Origin: Candidatus Thorarchaeota archaeon
Lineage (GTDB): Archaea > Asgardarchaeota > Heimdallarchaeia > Hodarchaeales > Hodarchaeaceae
NCBI GenBank assembly: GCA_048882505.1
Contig: JBHLRO010000005.1
Coordinates: 60,001-92,000, forward strand
Length of the DNA: 32,000 nucleotides
Direction of reading: 5' to 3'
Below are positions 9,088 through 18,843 of the stretch, one piece after another; the first letter of the stretch is position 1; each line of letters begins with the position of its first letter. Made by a program: the position numbers and the translations under genes. The notes below the pieces were generated by a model. It worked only from the letters and a program-made list of their open reading frames with translations. It ran no database searches and had not been told where the DNA came from.

Positions 9088-11310
9088 ATGTCCCCCAAAT
9101 ACACAGCCTGGCTCCATGACATTACAGCAGCCGATTGGGGAGTCAACATGGTTTGGTTGACCGAGGAAGCTCCGATCCACACATTCTATCCTCTGACCGC
9201 TGAATTCTATATGACCAAAACCGATCGTGACACCATTGCGCAAGTGCTCTCCCATCCACACATCGAGGATGCCCAAGTCGTCTCACGATATCAGTCAATC
9301 CACGATTGGCAGATGGCCGATGTCCTCCAGATCCGAGTTAACCCGAAGAAACTTCAGCAGACCTATCACGATCTGCGACAACATTGGGATCCCTTTCTAT
9401 TTAATGCAGATTTAAGTCTCTATCAACAATTCTGCTTTCAAACCGAATTGTTTCCGTATGCGTACGCAGAAATCGAAGTAGAACGGGGGAAGCTGAAAAA
9501 CAACTGGCAGCTCCTTGAAACCTACGAACAGATGGACTACCGTTCTGTACCGTTTTCTCCCCTCTGGTTTCATCCGACCTTTGAGGAACCCGAGTTTCAA
9601 CGAGGTAAGATCACGGAGATTCGCAGCTGTCGTTCCGTTGTGGATGAAGCAGAAGAAGTAGTGGTATTCCAGGGTTCAGAAGATGAACTACTTCAAGATT
9701 TCTGTCAATATGTTCAGCAAGTTGACCCTGACATCCTGTTTACCAAGGGAGGAGATACATTCCTTCCTCTTATGGGACAAAGGGCCAGCATGAACGGACT
9801 TGGTTACCTGCGCCTGGGGCGTGGCCCTCGATCCCTGGTCAACTACACAAAGCGCCCCACCTTGCCACGGGGCCATACTTTCGTGTCCTACGGACGCGTC
9901 TACTATTCAGAACATGGTGTCTATACAGATGGCGGCCGCCACCATTATGATGTCGGGAACTCGTTCATGTGGGGGGATGGCAACATCGAAGGCATCCATG
10001 AACTAGTCCGCCTCGGTTGTAGCGATCCCCAGCGCATCGCTCGGGGTACTATCGGTACCACCCTGTCGGCAGTTCAAATGCGCACCGCTTATCTGTACAA
10101 AATCCTCATTCCGATGAGAAAAGCTGATGCAGAAGCATTCCGGCCTGCCTGGACAATGATGACTGATGTTGGAGGTTTGGTCTTCAGTCCTCGGGTGGGT
10201 TGGCATCGGAACGTGACCGAGTTTGATTTTCTTTCTATGTACCCAAACATCATGGTCTACCGGAATGTGTCCCCAGAAACTGTGAACTGTACCTGTTGTC
10301 CAGGCAAGCGTCCGGTCCCCCTCACACATCACCATGTGTGTGTAGAACGGCCGGGACTCATCAATTTATCCCTCAAAAACATCTTGAATCGACGGGCTTA
10401 CTTCAAGAAGCATCGGCATCAACAACACTATGAGCGGCGACAACAGGTGCTAAAATGGCTTTTAGTATGTTCATTCGGTTATACAGGCTATAGAAACGCT
10501 CGATTTGGGCGTATTGAGGCTCATGAAGCGATTTCGGCATTTAGTCGTGATGCCTTAACCCAAACCCAGCACATAGCAGCTGATTTCGGCCTTCAAGTAC
10601 TTGCGGGGATTGTAGACTCAATTTGGGTGCAACGACCTGATAAAGAACGTCTGGATGAAGCAACAATCGACCAAATGCTTCGTCGAATCGAGGAAGTAGT
10701 TGATCTTCCTATTGAGCATGCAGCCGACTACCACTGGATTGTGTTCCTTCCTCGTCGTCATGAACCAGCTATCGGTGTGTTAAACCGGTACTATGGCTTA
10801 CGAAGTGACGGGACATTCAAGGTGCGGGGTATTGAGATTCGTCAGTCCTCAAGTCCTTTGATCTGCAAAAAAATGCAAGAGGAAATCCTTCATCTGCTGA
10901 GTAAGGTACGGACACGTTCCCAATTCCGAACCCAGCTCAGGTGTGCCAAAAAAATCCTCCAAGATTATTTGGACCGTTTAGGATCAGGGGACATCCCTCT
11001 TGAAGATCTTACGATTTCTATTCGCCCCTCTCGATCACCTGAAGAATATGTCAGCAATACTCGAACTGCAATTGCTGCACTCCAATTGGCCCGTTCGGAC
11101 GTCAAAGTGGAAGCTGGAATGAAGCTTCGTTATGTCATTCTCGATGCGCAGGCCCAGGACTCTATGGAACGGGTTCGCCCCGTCCAACTTCTCAAAGGCA
11201 ATGAACAATACGATGTGCAAGAGTATCAAAAACTTCTGAAACGCACTTACGAAAATTTAATCCCCCCAGAGTTAGAAGAAAAAAGACAGAATTTAAATCA
11301 ATTTTTTTGA
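9088..11310 (+). CDS. polB2: Family B DNA polymerase, PolB2 group
   Basis: Motif A DFLSMYP, motif B KWLLVCSFGYTGY, motif C GIVDS (PolB2-type replacement of DTD), KVRGIE; exonuclease motifs eroded; operon context typical of PolB2. Confidence 0.92.
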   Translation: MSPKYTAWLHDITAADWGVNMVWLTEEAPIHTFYPLTAEFYMTKTDRDTIAQVLSHPHIEDAQVVSRYQSIHDWQMADVLQIRVNPKKLQQTYHDLRQHWDPFLFNADLSLYQQFCFQTELFPYAYAEIEVERGKLKNNWQLLETYEQMDYRSVPFSPLWFHPTFEEPEFQRGKITEIRSCRSVVDEAEEVVVFQGSEDELLQDFCQYVQQVDPDILFTKGGDTFLPLMGQRASMNGLGYLRLGRGPRSLVNYTKRPTLPRGHTFVSYGRVYYSEHGVYTDGGRHHYDVGNSFMWGDGNIEGIHELVRLGCSDPQRIARGTIGTTLSAVQMRTAYLYKILIPMRKADAEAFRPAWTMMTDVGGLVFSPRVGWHRNVTEFDFLSMYPNIMVYRNVSPETVNCTCCPGKRPVPLTHHHVCVERPGLINLSLKNILNRRAYFKKHRHQQHYERRQQVLKWLLVCSFGYTGYRNARFGRIEAHEAISAFSRDALTQTQHIAADFGLQVLAGIVDSIWVQRPDKERLDEATIDQMLRRIEEVVDLPIEHAADYHWIVFLPRRHEPAIGVLNRYYGLRSDGTFKVRGIEIRQSSSPLICKKMQEEILHLLSKVRTRSQFRTQLRCAKKILQDYLDRLGSGDIPLEDLTISIRPSRSPEEYVSNTRTAIAALQLARSDVKVEAGMKLRYVILDAQAQDSMERVRPVQLLKGNEQYDVQEYQKLLKRTYENLIPPELEEKRQNLNQFF

Positions 11311-11403
11311 GAGATTATGACATAGCGTTTAACTATATGCATTTCATCCAGGCAGATATCCGGTAAGAAGGCTGTTTTATTTAGATTTTTGGAGTAGTGC
11401 GTT

Positions 11404-12168
11404 TTGAGCGCGGCTGATTACAAGATTGTCGACATAACTGACCAGAATGTCGAAGATTATGATCTATTGTGTTACAAATCAAAGAAGAAATCCTTGGGCT
11501 ATCAGAAAAAACTTGAATGGTTTAAAGAGCAATACAAGGTGGGATTGCGAATTAAATTGCTCTTAGTACGAGAAAAGAAGGGATTTACTTCAAGAGGCTT
11601 TATTGAATATGTTCCAGGAGAATATTCGTGGCGGGCAATTGACGCGGCGGGATATATGGTTATCCATTGTTTATGGGTTGTAGGTCGCAATAAAGGGAAG
11701 GGATATGGTGGGAAACTAGTCAAAGCGTGTTTGAATGATGCCAAAGATATGAATGGTGTTGCTGTGATAACTTCAGAAGGAACGTGGCTACCTGGCAGAA
11801 AAATTTTCCAAAAAAATGGATTTAAGAAAGTGGGATCTGCTTTTACCAACATAGAACTATATGTCTGCCGTTTCCGCGAAAATTCGGCGTTACCAAGATT
11901 TAATCTTGATGAAGTAACGAAACCAGGTGATGAAAAGGGTTTTACGATTTTTAAATCGGATCAATGTCCGTATACACATGTATCTATGACTGAAATTGAA
12001 GAATATGCGAAAGAAAAGGATATACCATTCAATGTAGGTGTGATTTCGAATTCTATTGAAGCACAGAACGTTCCCCATCCCTATGGTACTTACTGTGTAG
12101 TTTTAAATGGAAAAATACTGTCCTATAGACCGATTGGAAAAAAAACCCTGCAAAAAACAGAGTTGTGA
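11404..12168 (+). CDS. GNAT acetyltransferase with YoaP-like C-terminal domain
   Basis: GFIEYVPGEYSWR, IHCLWV, acetyl-CoA loop KGKGYGGKLV, C-terminal QCPY...PHPYGTY. Confidence 0.85.
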   Translation: MSAADYKIVDITDQNVEDYDLLCYKSKKKSLGYQKKLEWFKEQYKVGLRIKLLLVREKKGFTSRGFIEYVPGEYSWRAIDAAGYMVIHCLWVVGRNKGKGYGGKLVKACLNDAKDMNGVAVITSEGTWLPGRKIFQKNGFKKVGSAFTNIELYVCRFRENSALPRFNLDEVTKPGDEKGFTIFKSDQCPYTHVSMTEIEEYAKEKDIPFNVGVISNSIEAQNVPHPYGTYCVVLNGKILSYRPIGKKTLQKTEL

Positions 12169-12595
12169 GGGTATTCTAAACCCTAGAATCAAGGGGATAG
12201 TTTAGGGGCAGTAGAATGCGTAAGTAGACATGAAATCCTAGTAAATCCGCGCTCTCTAGTAAAAGGTGAGGGAGCTCAGACCAGGGGCGATATAATGTTC
12301 CAGGCAGGAGGAAGGCAAGATGAAAACCCATGACCCCGACGGGTATTGTCATAATTAGAACCATAAAGTTTAAACAATCAAGAATCATGATTTAAAAATC
12401 TAAGGCCTTAGAAATCAGTCATAGTATCACTCAGATTTTTTCGCCTAGGATTTTATAATTTACTTCGTTTTCAATAGATATTATCTAGATACTATGAGCC
12501 GTTCTACTGATTTCGAACTGTCAACGAGGGTACTCTAAGTTAATTCGTAATACAATAGATAGCTATTTAATCCAGGCGATTGATATATTTGATGG

Positions 12596-13309
12596 ATGTG
12601 TATGCCGGATATAACGGAATTTGCAATATTAAAGGATTACTTGAATAGCGAAGGTTTAGTAGATTACGAATCACTACATGAAAATCCGTGGTTACACTCA
12701 CAAATTCAGCGGATCGAACAAACAGATCTCTCCGCTCTGTCAGAGAAAGAAAAATTTGCATTCTGGTTAAATGCGTACAATTTACTCGTGTTGAAATCCG
12801 CGTGCCAGGAGGTGGGCAAGAATCCCAACTGGAGGGGCAATACCTCTTTCTGGAAGCGTTTCAAGTTTTTTTATTTGAGGAAACACTTGGTGGCCAATCG
12901 GAGGATTTCGTTGCATCATTTAGAAAATAAGATCCTTCGGGAGGAATTCAGAGATCCACGTATCCATTTTGCCATTAATTGCGCAAGTAAGAGTTGTCCA
13001 GTACTTCCTGGAAAATTATTTGAAGAATCGACATTAGAAAAACATCTAGAGGAACTTACTGCTTCCTTCGTTAACAATGAATCTCACGTTCGGCTTGATA
13101 AGAAGAATGGAATTCTTTGGCTGAATGAAATATTCAAAATGTACACCAATGACTTTGATTCGGTAGGAGGGGTGAAATCATTCATCAACAGATATCTAAA
13201 ATCCCCGCCAGAGCAAAGCATCTTTAATCAATCGACTATCAAGTACATGGAATATGATTGGAGCTTAAACAGTCAATCTTTATTCCTAAAAATCGCTATT
13301 CATCCATAA
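12596..13309 (+). CDS. DUF547 domain protein
   Basis: GLVDY, AFWLNAYN, LENKILR, DPRIHFAINCASKSCP, YDWSLN. Confidence 0.9.
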   Translation: MCMPDITEFAILKDYLNSEGLVDYESLHENPWLHSQIQRIEQTDLSALSEKEKFAFWLNAYNLLVLKSACQEVGKNPNWRGNTSFWKRFKFFYLRKHLVANRRISLHHLENKILREEFRDPRIHFAINCASKSCPVLPGKLFEESTLEKHLEELTASFVNNESHVRLDKKNGILWLNEIFKMYTNDFDSVGGVKSFINRYLKSPPEQSIFNQSTIKYMEYDWSLNSQSLFLKIAIHP

Positions 13310-13549
13310 TCAGAACTTTCCATTCCGTAGGCTCTCCTATTACCAGAAGTCTAATGAATCTTCTCTTCGTATAGACATTTTTGTTTGTTAAAGACGAGGA
13401 AAAGGAAAACTTCGAGATCCCGAAGTAAATGTACCACGATATGGTTGGTTTAGGTATTGATCTCGTATCTGGTAAGATCCTGAAACCCAATAAAGTTCCA
13501 TCATCAGGTTGAAATATTCAGGAAGATTTTAAGACGCTTCTACTGTAGA

Positions 13550-14587
13550 TTGAATGGGATTCTGTTGAACAGCAATAGACGGCTATATATTGACAACTGG
13601 GCCGTTTTTACAGCGGAAAACCAAGTAAATTGGCACTTTGGCGATATAGATCAAGAAAAACTCATTCAGGTTGTTTCTTTCATTAAAGCCCTCAGCAGTC
13701 TCGGGACAGAGATGCTTGATCAAGTTATAGGGTTGATTAGACTCCGATATCCCAGACCACATCCAACAAAAGCACGAGAGATATTGATAGTAAATCTTCT
13801 CGAGAAATATTCTATAATAGTTTCTGATCCGTTGGTCACAACCAGGTTAATGAATCGGATACAGCTCAATTCTGATCCGATTCCTCCGCTCGACGATATA
13901 AGAAGTATCCTCGCGGGTACCGCTTCACTTATCTACTCTGATTTCTATACTAGAGACACTATCCAGGTTGATAATACAATCATAGACAGTATTTTCCAGG
14001 AAGCTGTACAGGCGGTGACTTATGACAAGAATGTCACTGTTGGAAATGGCGAATGTTCCTTTTCAGCCTTATCTATAGAGGAATTGCTGTTCTTTCATGC
14101 GTTGTTAAGGGATCTCCTTGAAGGATACATACCCATTATTTCAGGAACCTCCCCGTGGGGAGTGATCTCCTCACTTGCCGGAACTGAATTGTACCTTTCC
14201 CATTGTCCTCCGGCTGATCCCGCGTTAATTGCAGCTTTTTCAGGGGTGATCGTCCAATTTAGCCGGTTCCTTTTTGATGCAACACCAGCACGGCTGATAT
14301 TCGGTTACTACCCGATGAATGCAATGGATTTCGTTGTTACTAACGACAATCTGTTTTTGTTCGGCAGTCCTAGTGTTTTATTGAAAAAGACAGGATTTCG
14401 GAAAAAATGGCGAAATCTTCCGGTCAAAATAGCTCAAGATCTTGTTCCAGGGCTAAAAACATATCTAACGGAGCTTTGTACAGCAAATCAAAAAGCCCAA
14501 ATCCGAGATATGGAGTTTTATCAAGTTGTTAACCAGCTAACGGGAATGGGAGCGCGCAAGGCGCAAGAGGTTTATTCTCTCTCCTAA
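13550..14587 (+). CDS. Hypothetical 345-aa protein with two longin/roadblock-like repeats
   Basis: Segments LIQVVSFIKALSSLGTEML and DPALIAAFSGVIVQFSRFLF resemble the longin helix DLFGGLLAAISSFAENLM of ORF 24202-24645. The fold call is inference. Confidence 0.55.
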   Translation: MNGILLNSNRRLYIDNWAVFTAENQVNWHFGDIDQEKLIQVVSFIKALSSLGTEMLDQVIGLIRLRYPRPHPTKAREILIVNLLEKYSIIVSDPLVTTRLMNRIQLNSDPIPPLDDIRSILAGTASLIYSDFYTRDTIQVDNTIIDSIFQEAVQAVTYDKNVTVGNGECSFSALSIEELLFFHALLRDLLEGYIPIISGTSPWGVISSLAGTELYLSHCPPADPALIAAFSGVIVQFSRFLFDATPARLIFGYYPMNAMDFVVTNDNLFLFGSPSVLLKKTGFRKKWRNLPVKIAQDLVPGLKTYLTELCTANQKAQIRDMEFYQVVNQLTGMGARKAQEVYSLS

Positions 14588-14589
14588 TA

Positions 14590-15045
14590 TTACTTAGAAC
14601 CCCGTTTTAATGATTTTTCGTATTCTTCTAGGAATTGATACTGAATTGGATTATTTACAACCTCCCGTGCGCATGGCCTTACTGATAACAATCGTTCTAG
14701 AGTTGCATCTAGATCTTCCCCAAAGAAAAACATGTTAATGACGGCCAGCATTATCCCCGTACGACCACAGCCGGCGTAACAATGAACCAGAATGTTTTTG
14801 TTCTCTAAAAGGCGTTCCTCAACAATCTGAAGAAACTCCTCCAGATTTGACCGAGACGGTACCCCGAAGTCCTGAACTGGAAATGGTATATGCTCAATGC
14901 CAGTTCCCTGAAAGGATATCCGTGAACGAGCGAACGAGACAACTACTGCTATATTTAGAGATTGCATAATTTCGATGGCTTCTCTGGAAGACGGTAGCGA
15001 GCTACCATACAGTTGGGGTCGGAACCGAAAGATATCACTTGCCAT
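14590..15045 (-). CDS. Dual-specificity / protein-tyrosine phosphatase (Cdc14-like CX5R family)
   Basis: P-loop VHCYAGCGRTG; general-acid loop FPVQDFGVP; RP...Q tail. Confidence 0.9.
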   Translation of the reverse strand: MASDIFRFRPQLYGSSLPSSREAIEIMQSLNIAVVVSFARSRISFQGTGIEHIPFPVQDFGVPSRSNLEEFLQIVEERLLENKNILVHCYAGCGRTGIMLAVINMFFFGEDLDATLERLLSVRPCAREVVNNPIQYQFLEEYEKSLKRGSK

Positions 15046-15229
15046 GATTACACGTCCACGAGACCATGTTAAAAACTGAGTGGTAGAAGCTCTGGAGGAT
15101 GCTGTTCAAAACCCTCATCCATAAAAAAAGTAAATTCTACTTCAAACAGGTATGCTCTTGATTTTATAATTCACAATCCTATAGGAGATTGGTCTTTCGA
15201 CATTTGTCTAGCAAGTGTGTGGGTAGATT

Positions 15230-16672
15230 ATGCGAGTTGCCATGTTCGCCAGTGAAATGGAACCGTTTGCCAAGACGGGAGGCCTTGGTGATGTTATCAG
15301 TGCGCTCCCTCGAGCTTTAGCGCCCCACTTAACAGCAATAGATGTGTTTCTTCCCTTGTATCGTCAAATAGAAAAATCGAATCTTTCGTTGAAACTCGTT
15401 CTGGACCCAATACCGGTGAAAATCGGGAGACGATCATATTTTGGCAAAGTATGGGAATATCAAACAGAGATTCAAAATCTAAAGGTTTACTTCATCAGTA
15501 ATTATCCGTTATTTGGTTCACGAAGGCATCTTTATGGTAAAGAAGGCAGGGATTATAGAGATAATCTCACTCGATTCGTTTTCTTTTGTAAATCAGCACT
15601 GATGGCTGTCTCCGCTCTTTCTAAAGGAAATCAATATGATGTTTTCCACATGCATGATTGGCAAACAGCCTTGATCGCATTATATACTGGCTTACTGGAA
15701 TTTTCCAAGAACCATATGCCATTGCGAATATTTACCATCCACAATTTGGCCTATCAGGGGATCTATCCCAGGTCTTCGTTCCCCCTTTTGGGAATCGATC
15801 CTGGGTTTTTTCACCGGGACCAACTTGAGTATTGGGGGAAAATCAATCTCCTGAAGGCTGGAATTCTTCATTCCGAATGGCTTACTACTGTCAGTCCCAC
15901 ATATGCACAAGAAATCCAAACTGAAACCCAAGGGGCAGGGCTTGGGGGTTTGATTAAGTCCAAAGCCGCAAAACTTGTGGGGATTCTCAATGGGGTAGAT
16001 TATTCTATCTGGAATCCCAAAAATGATCCATCAATTGCCGTGAATTACGATAAAAATGACTTTTCTGGAAAGGTAGCTTGTAAACAAGCTTTACAAAGGA
16101 TTTTCGACTTAGATCCGGCTGCTGAAATTCCCTTGTGCGCTGTAGTCTCCCGATTAGATTGGCAAAAAGGGATGGACTTGATCCTAGACGTTTTACCTGA
16201 CTTATTAGAAGATCAAATCCAATTTGTGCTTTTAGGAACTGGAGACCCAACTATTGAAGATAGGTTTTTGGATCTAAATCAAACATTCCCTGATAGTACA
16301 GGTATTGCGCTTACATTTAATAATTCGCTTGCCCATCAAATTGAAGCAGGGGCAGATATCTTTCTAATGCCTTCACGATACGAGCCCAGCGGACTGAATG
16401 ACAAGTATAGTTTAAGATATGGAACAGTTCCAATTGTTCATAAAACAGGAGGGCTTGCTGACAGTGTTATTGATTACTTTACGTATCCAGAGAAAGGTAA
16501 TGGCTTTACATTCAGCAAATTCGATGTTCAACATTTCAAACGCACTTTTACTAAGGTACTCGGGATTTTCAAGAATAAAACGACGTGGCACCAAATTATG
16601 CGGCGAGGGATGAAACAGGATTTCTCATGGACGAAAGCGGCGGCCGAATACTTAAATTTATATCACAGTTAA
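15230..16672 (+). CDS. glgA: Glycogen/starch synthase (GT5, bacterial GlgA type)
   Basis: KTGGLGDV, HMHDWQT, TIHNLAYQG, TTVSPTYAQEI, GILNGVDY, MPSRYEP, TGGLADSV. Confidence 0.95.
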   Translation: MRVAMFASEMEPFAKTGGLGDVISALPRALAPHLTAIDVFLPLYRQIEKSNLSLKLVLDPIPVKIGRRSYFGKVWEYQTEIQNLKVYFISNYPLFGSRRHLYGKEGRDYRDNLTRFVFFCKSALMAVSALSKGNQYDVFHMHDWQTALIALYTGLLEFSKNHMPLRIFTIHNLAYQGIYPRSSFPLLGIDPGFFHRDQLEYWGKINLLKAGILHSEWLTTVSPTYAQEIQTETQGAGLGGLIKSKAAKLVGILNGVDYSIWNPKNDPSIAVNYDKNDFSGKVACKQALQRIFDLDPAAEIPLCAVVSRLDWQKGMDLILDVLPDLLEDQIQFVLLGTGDPTIEDRFLDLNQTFPDSTGIALTFNNSLAHQIEAGADIFLMPSRYEPSGLNDKYSLRYGTVPIVHKTGGLADSVIDYFTYPEKGNGFTFSKFDVQHFKRTFTKVLGIFKNKTTWHQIMRRGMKQDFSWTKAAAEYLNLYHS

Positions 16673-16689
16673 GCCGAATATGATTAAAA

Positions 16690-18000
16690 TTGGTGGAACT
16701 AGCGCTTCTAAAGGGAACAAAAGATTATCTCCCTCAAGAACAGATCCTCCGCGATCAGATTGTGACAGTAATTAAAGAGATATTTCAGAAATACGGATAT
16801 CAGCCCGCGCAAACCCCAATTATCGAAATGTGGGACATTCTGGCCTCAAAATACGCTGGCGGAGAAGAGATCCTTAAAGAGGCTTATAGGCTCCGTGATC
16901 AAGGACAAAGGGAGCTAGGCCTTCGCTATGATCTATCCGTTCCGCTTTCGCGTCTTGTAGGGATGAATCCAAACCTTGGAAGACCCTTCAAGCGGTACGA
17001 AATTGGTTCCTGTTTTCGTGATGGTCCAGTCAAGAAGGGTCGTTATCGAGAGTTTGTCCAATGCGATGCCGATGTAATTGGCGTTTCTTCCATGTTGGCC
17101 GATGCCGAATGTCTGGTGGTAGCACACAACATATTTACAACTCTCGGTCTTGACGTGTATCTAGAGGTCAACAATCGTAAATTATTAACTGGAATTTTAA
17201 TGGAAGCTGGAGTCCCCAATGATAAACTTAAGACAACCATTCTTTCTATAGACAAATTAAAAAAAATTGGATTTGATGGAGTTCAGGCTGAGTTAGGAGA
17301 TAAAGGTATTGACTCTGAACTTGCTGAACGTATTTTCTCGTACTTCAGATTCTCGGGCAAATACATGAGGATTTTAGATCAACTCGAGCCTAAACTTTCC
17401 AATAAGATTGGTTTAGAAGGGATTACTGAATTACGACAGCTCTATCACTTTTTACAGTTATTTCAAATTCATGAGGATGTTAAACTCCTGTACAGCCTTG
17501 CACGTGGCCTGGAAATTTACACTGGAACCGTGTTTGAAGCATTTCTTAAAAAACCTGGAATTGTAGACTCCTCACTGTGCGGTGGGGGTCGCTATGATAA
17601 AATAATTGGAAGTTTTCTCGGGGGTAAGGAAGATTTCCCTGCCGTCGGGATATCCTTCGGTCTAGACACAATTTTCGATGCCTTGGTGTCGGTAAAGACC
17701 CCTCCCAAGTCGCTTACCCAGGTTTTCATCATTCCGATTGGAACTTTGGATCGATGTGTCGTACTTGCAACCGATCTTCGTATAGAAGGTATCCGAACAG
17801 AAATCGATTTGTTAAATAGAAGCATCTCTAGAAACCTGGAGTACGCCAACCAATATGAAATACCTTACGTAGCAATAGTAGGAAAAAGAGATTTGAAGGA
17901 AAAAGCGGGCACTCTCCGATCCATGAAAGATGGTAAGGAAGTGAAATTACCGTTGGATCAGCTTCCTTCGAGATTAAAGAGCCTCCTTGAACAAAAATAA
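16690..18000 (+). CDS. hisS: Histidyl-tRNA synthetase
   Basis: KGTKDY, LRYDLSVP, FRDGPVKKGRYREFVQCD, LARGLEIYTG, GGGRYD, C-terminal anticodon-binding domain. Confidence 0.96.
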   Translation: MVELALLKGTKDYLPQEQILRDQIVTVIKEIFQKYGYQPAQTPIIEMWDILASKYAGGEEILKEAYRLRDQGQRELGLRYDLSVPLSRLVGMNPNLGRPFKRYEIGSCFRDGPVKKGRYREFVQCDADVIGVSSMLADAECLVVAHNIFTTLGLDVYLEVNNRKLLTGILMEAGVPNDKLKTTILSIDKLKKIGFDGVQAELGDKGIDSELAERIFSYFRFSGKYMRILDQLEPKLSNKIGLEGITELRQLYHFLQLFQIHEDVKLLYSLARGLEIYTGTVFEAFLKKPGIVDSSLCGGGRYDKIIGSFLGGKEDFPAVGISFGLDTIFDALVSVKTPPKSLTQVFIIPIGTLDRCVVLATDLRIEGIRTEIDLLNRSISRNLEYANQYEIPYVAIVGKRDLKEKAGTLRSMKDGKEVKLPLDQLPSRLKSLLEQK

Positions 18001-18048
18001 TGGTTTATTCAATCCTCCAGGTCGATAAAGAAGCTGGGGGTATATATA

Positions 18049-18843
18049 GTGATACACCCTTGCTCAGTTTTTATTATTCTCCCATTTAATGTTATCGAGC
18101 TTTGTTTTTCGCGAGACGAGCGAATTGAGCAATATACCAACCAGGCAGATGTTTCGCAATTTCTCATATTTGCAGCGGTTGATTACATTAAACGTTTTGG
18201 AAGAGCAAGTGAGGACTGGAAGAAATGGCTGTTTTTTGTATTACAGTTCGCTTTCGGAGAAAATTTCCGATTGGATAGCTTCCGAGATTACCCACGGATA
18301 GAGTTTGCCCAGATAAGTCTTTTAAAGGTTTTAATCAATCAATATGATTTGATAATTAACCCGTTTAGTAAAAAAATTGACCTACGCGTTACTAATGAAA
18401 CGTTAGAACGCTTTTTAATGGTAGATAACTTAGAGGCATCTCTACTCACATCTCATGTCGGAAATGTACACGATCCGTTAGATCAGATCGTTTTCTCCCA
18501 TAGTCTTCGTATTCTTGACCTGAAAATAATACCTAAGCGCTTTTACCTTGTAACGCCAGAAAAGGAGGCGGTTCAAGCGAATCTTATAAAATGGAAGGAT
18601 CTGACTCCCGCGGAATATCGAATGTCCAACCATTTGGCAGGAGTTCCCGAATCAGAGAACATCAGGCAGCTTCCTCCTTTATTATCCGAGGAAGAACTTC
18701 TTGACCTAGGTTGGAATGATCATCGGCAAGTCGATCTCGAACAACCCTATGGATTGTATTGTCCAAAATGCCACCTTGCTTACGAATCAAATATCTATGC
18801 TAAGGAGTGTTCTTCGTGCTTTATTCCCCTTACCAAGGCATAG
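18049..18843 (+). CDS. Hypothetical protein with C-terminal zinc ribbon
   Basis: 264-aa ORF ending CPKC-x11-CSSC; 48 bp after hisS. Confidence 0.7.
   Translation: MIHPCSVFIILPFNVIELCFSRDERIEQYTNQADVSQFLIFAAVDYIKRFGRASEDWKKWLFFVLQFAFGENFRLDSFRDYPRIEFAQISLLKVLINQYDLIINPFSKKIDLRVTNETLERFLMVDNLEASLLTSHVGNVHDPLDQIVFSHSLRILDLKIIPKRFYLVTPEKEAVQANLIKWKDLTPAEYRMSNHLAGVPESENIRQLPPLLSEEELLDLGWNDHRQVDLEQPYGLYCPKCHLAYESNIYAKECSSCFIPLTKA

Noticed and set aside
8500-11229. Several short ORFs overlapping the radA-like/polB2 operon
   Set aside because: Antisense or alternate-frame shadows of well-supported genes.
7945-11310. Apparently higher GC in the PolB2 operon as a sign of horizontal transfer
   Set aside because: Spot counts are inconsistent (36/60 G+C at 10021-10080 but 23/60 at 9421-9480); no flanking repeats, integrase or tRNA.
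12230-12345. Fragments resembling a TPP riboswitch (CTGAG) or SRP RNA helix 8 (CCAGG..GGAAGG)
   Set aside because: The remaining conserved elements and pairings are absent.
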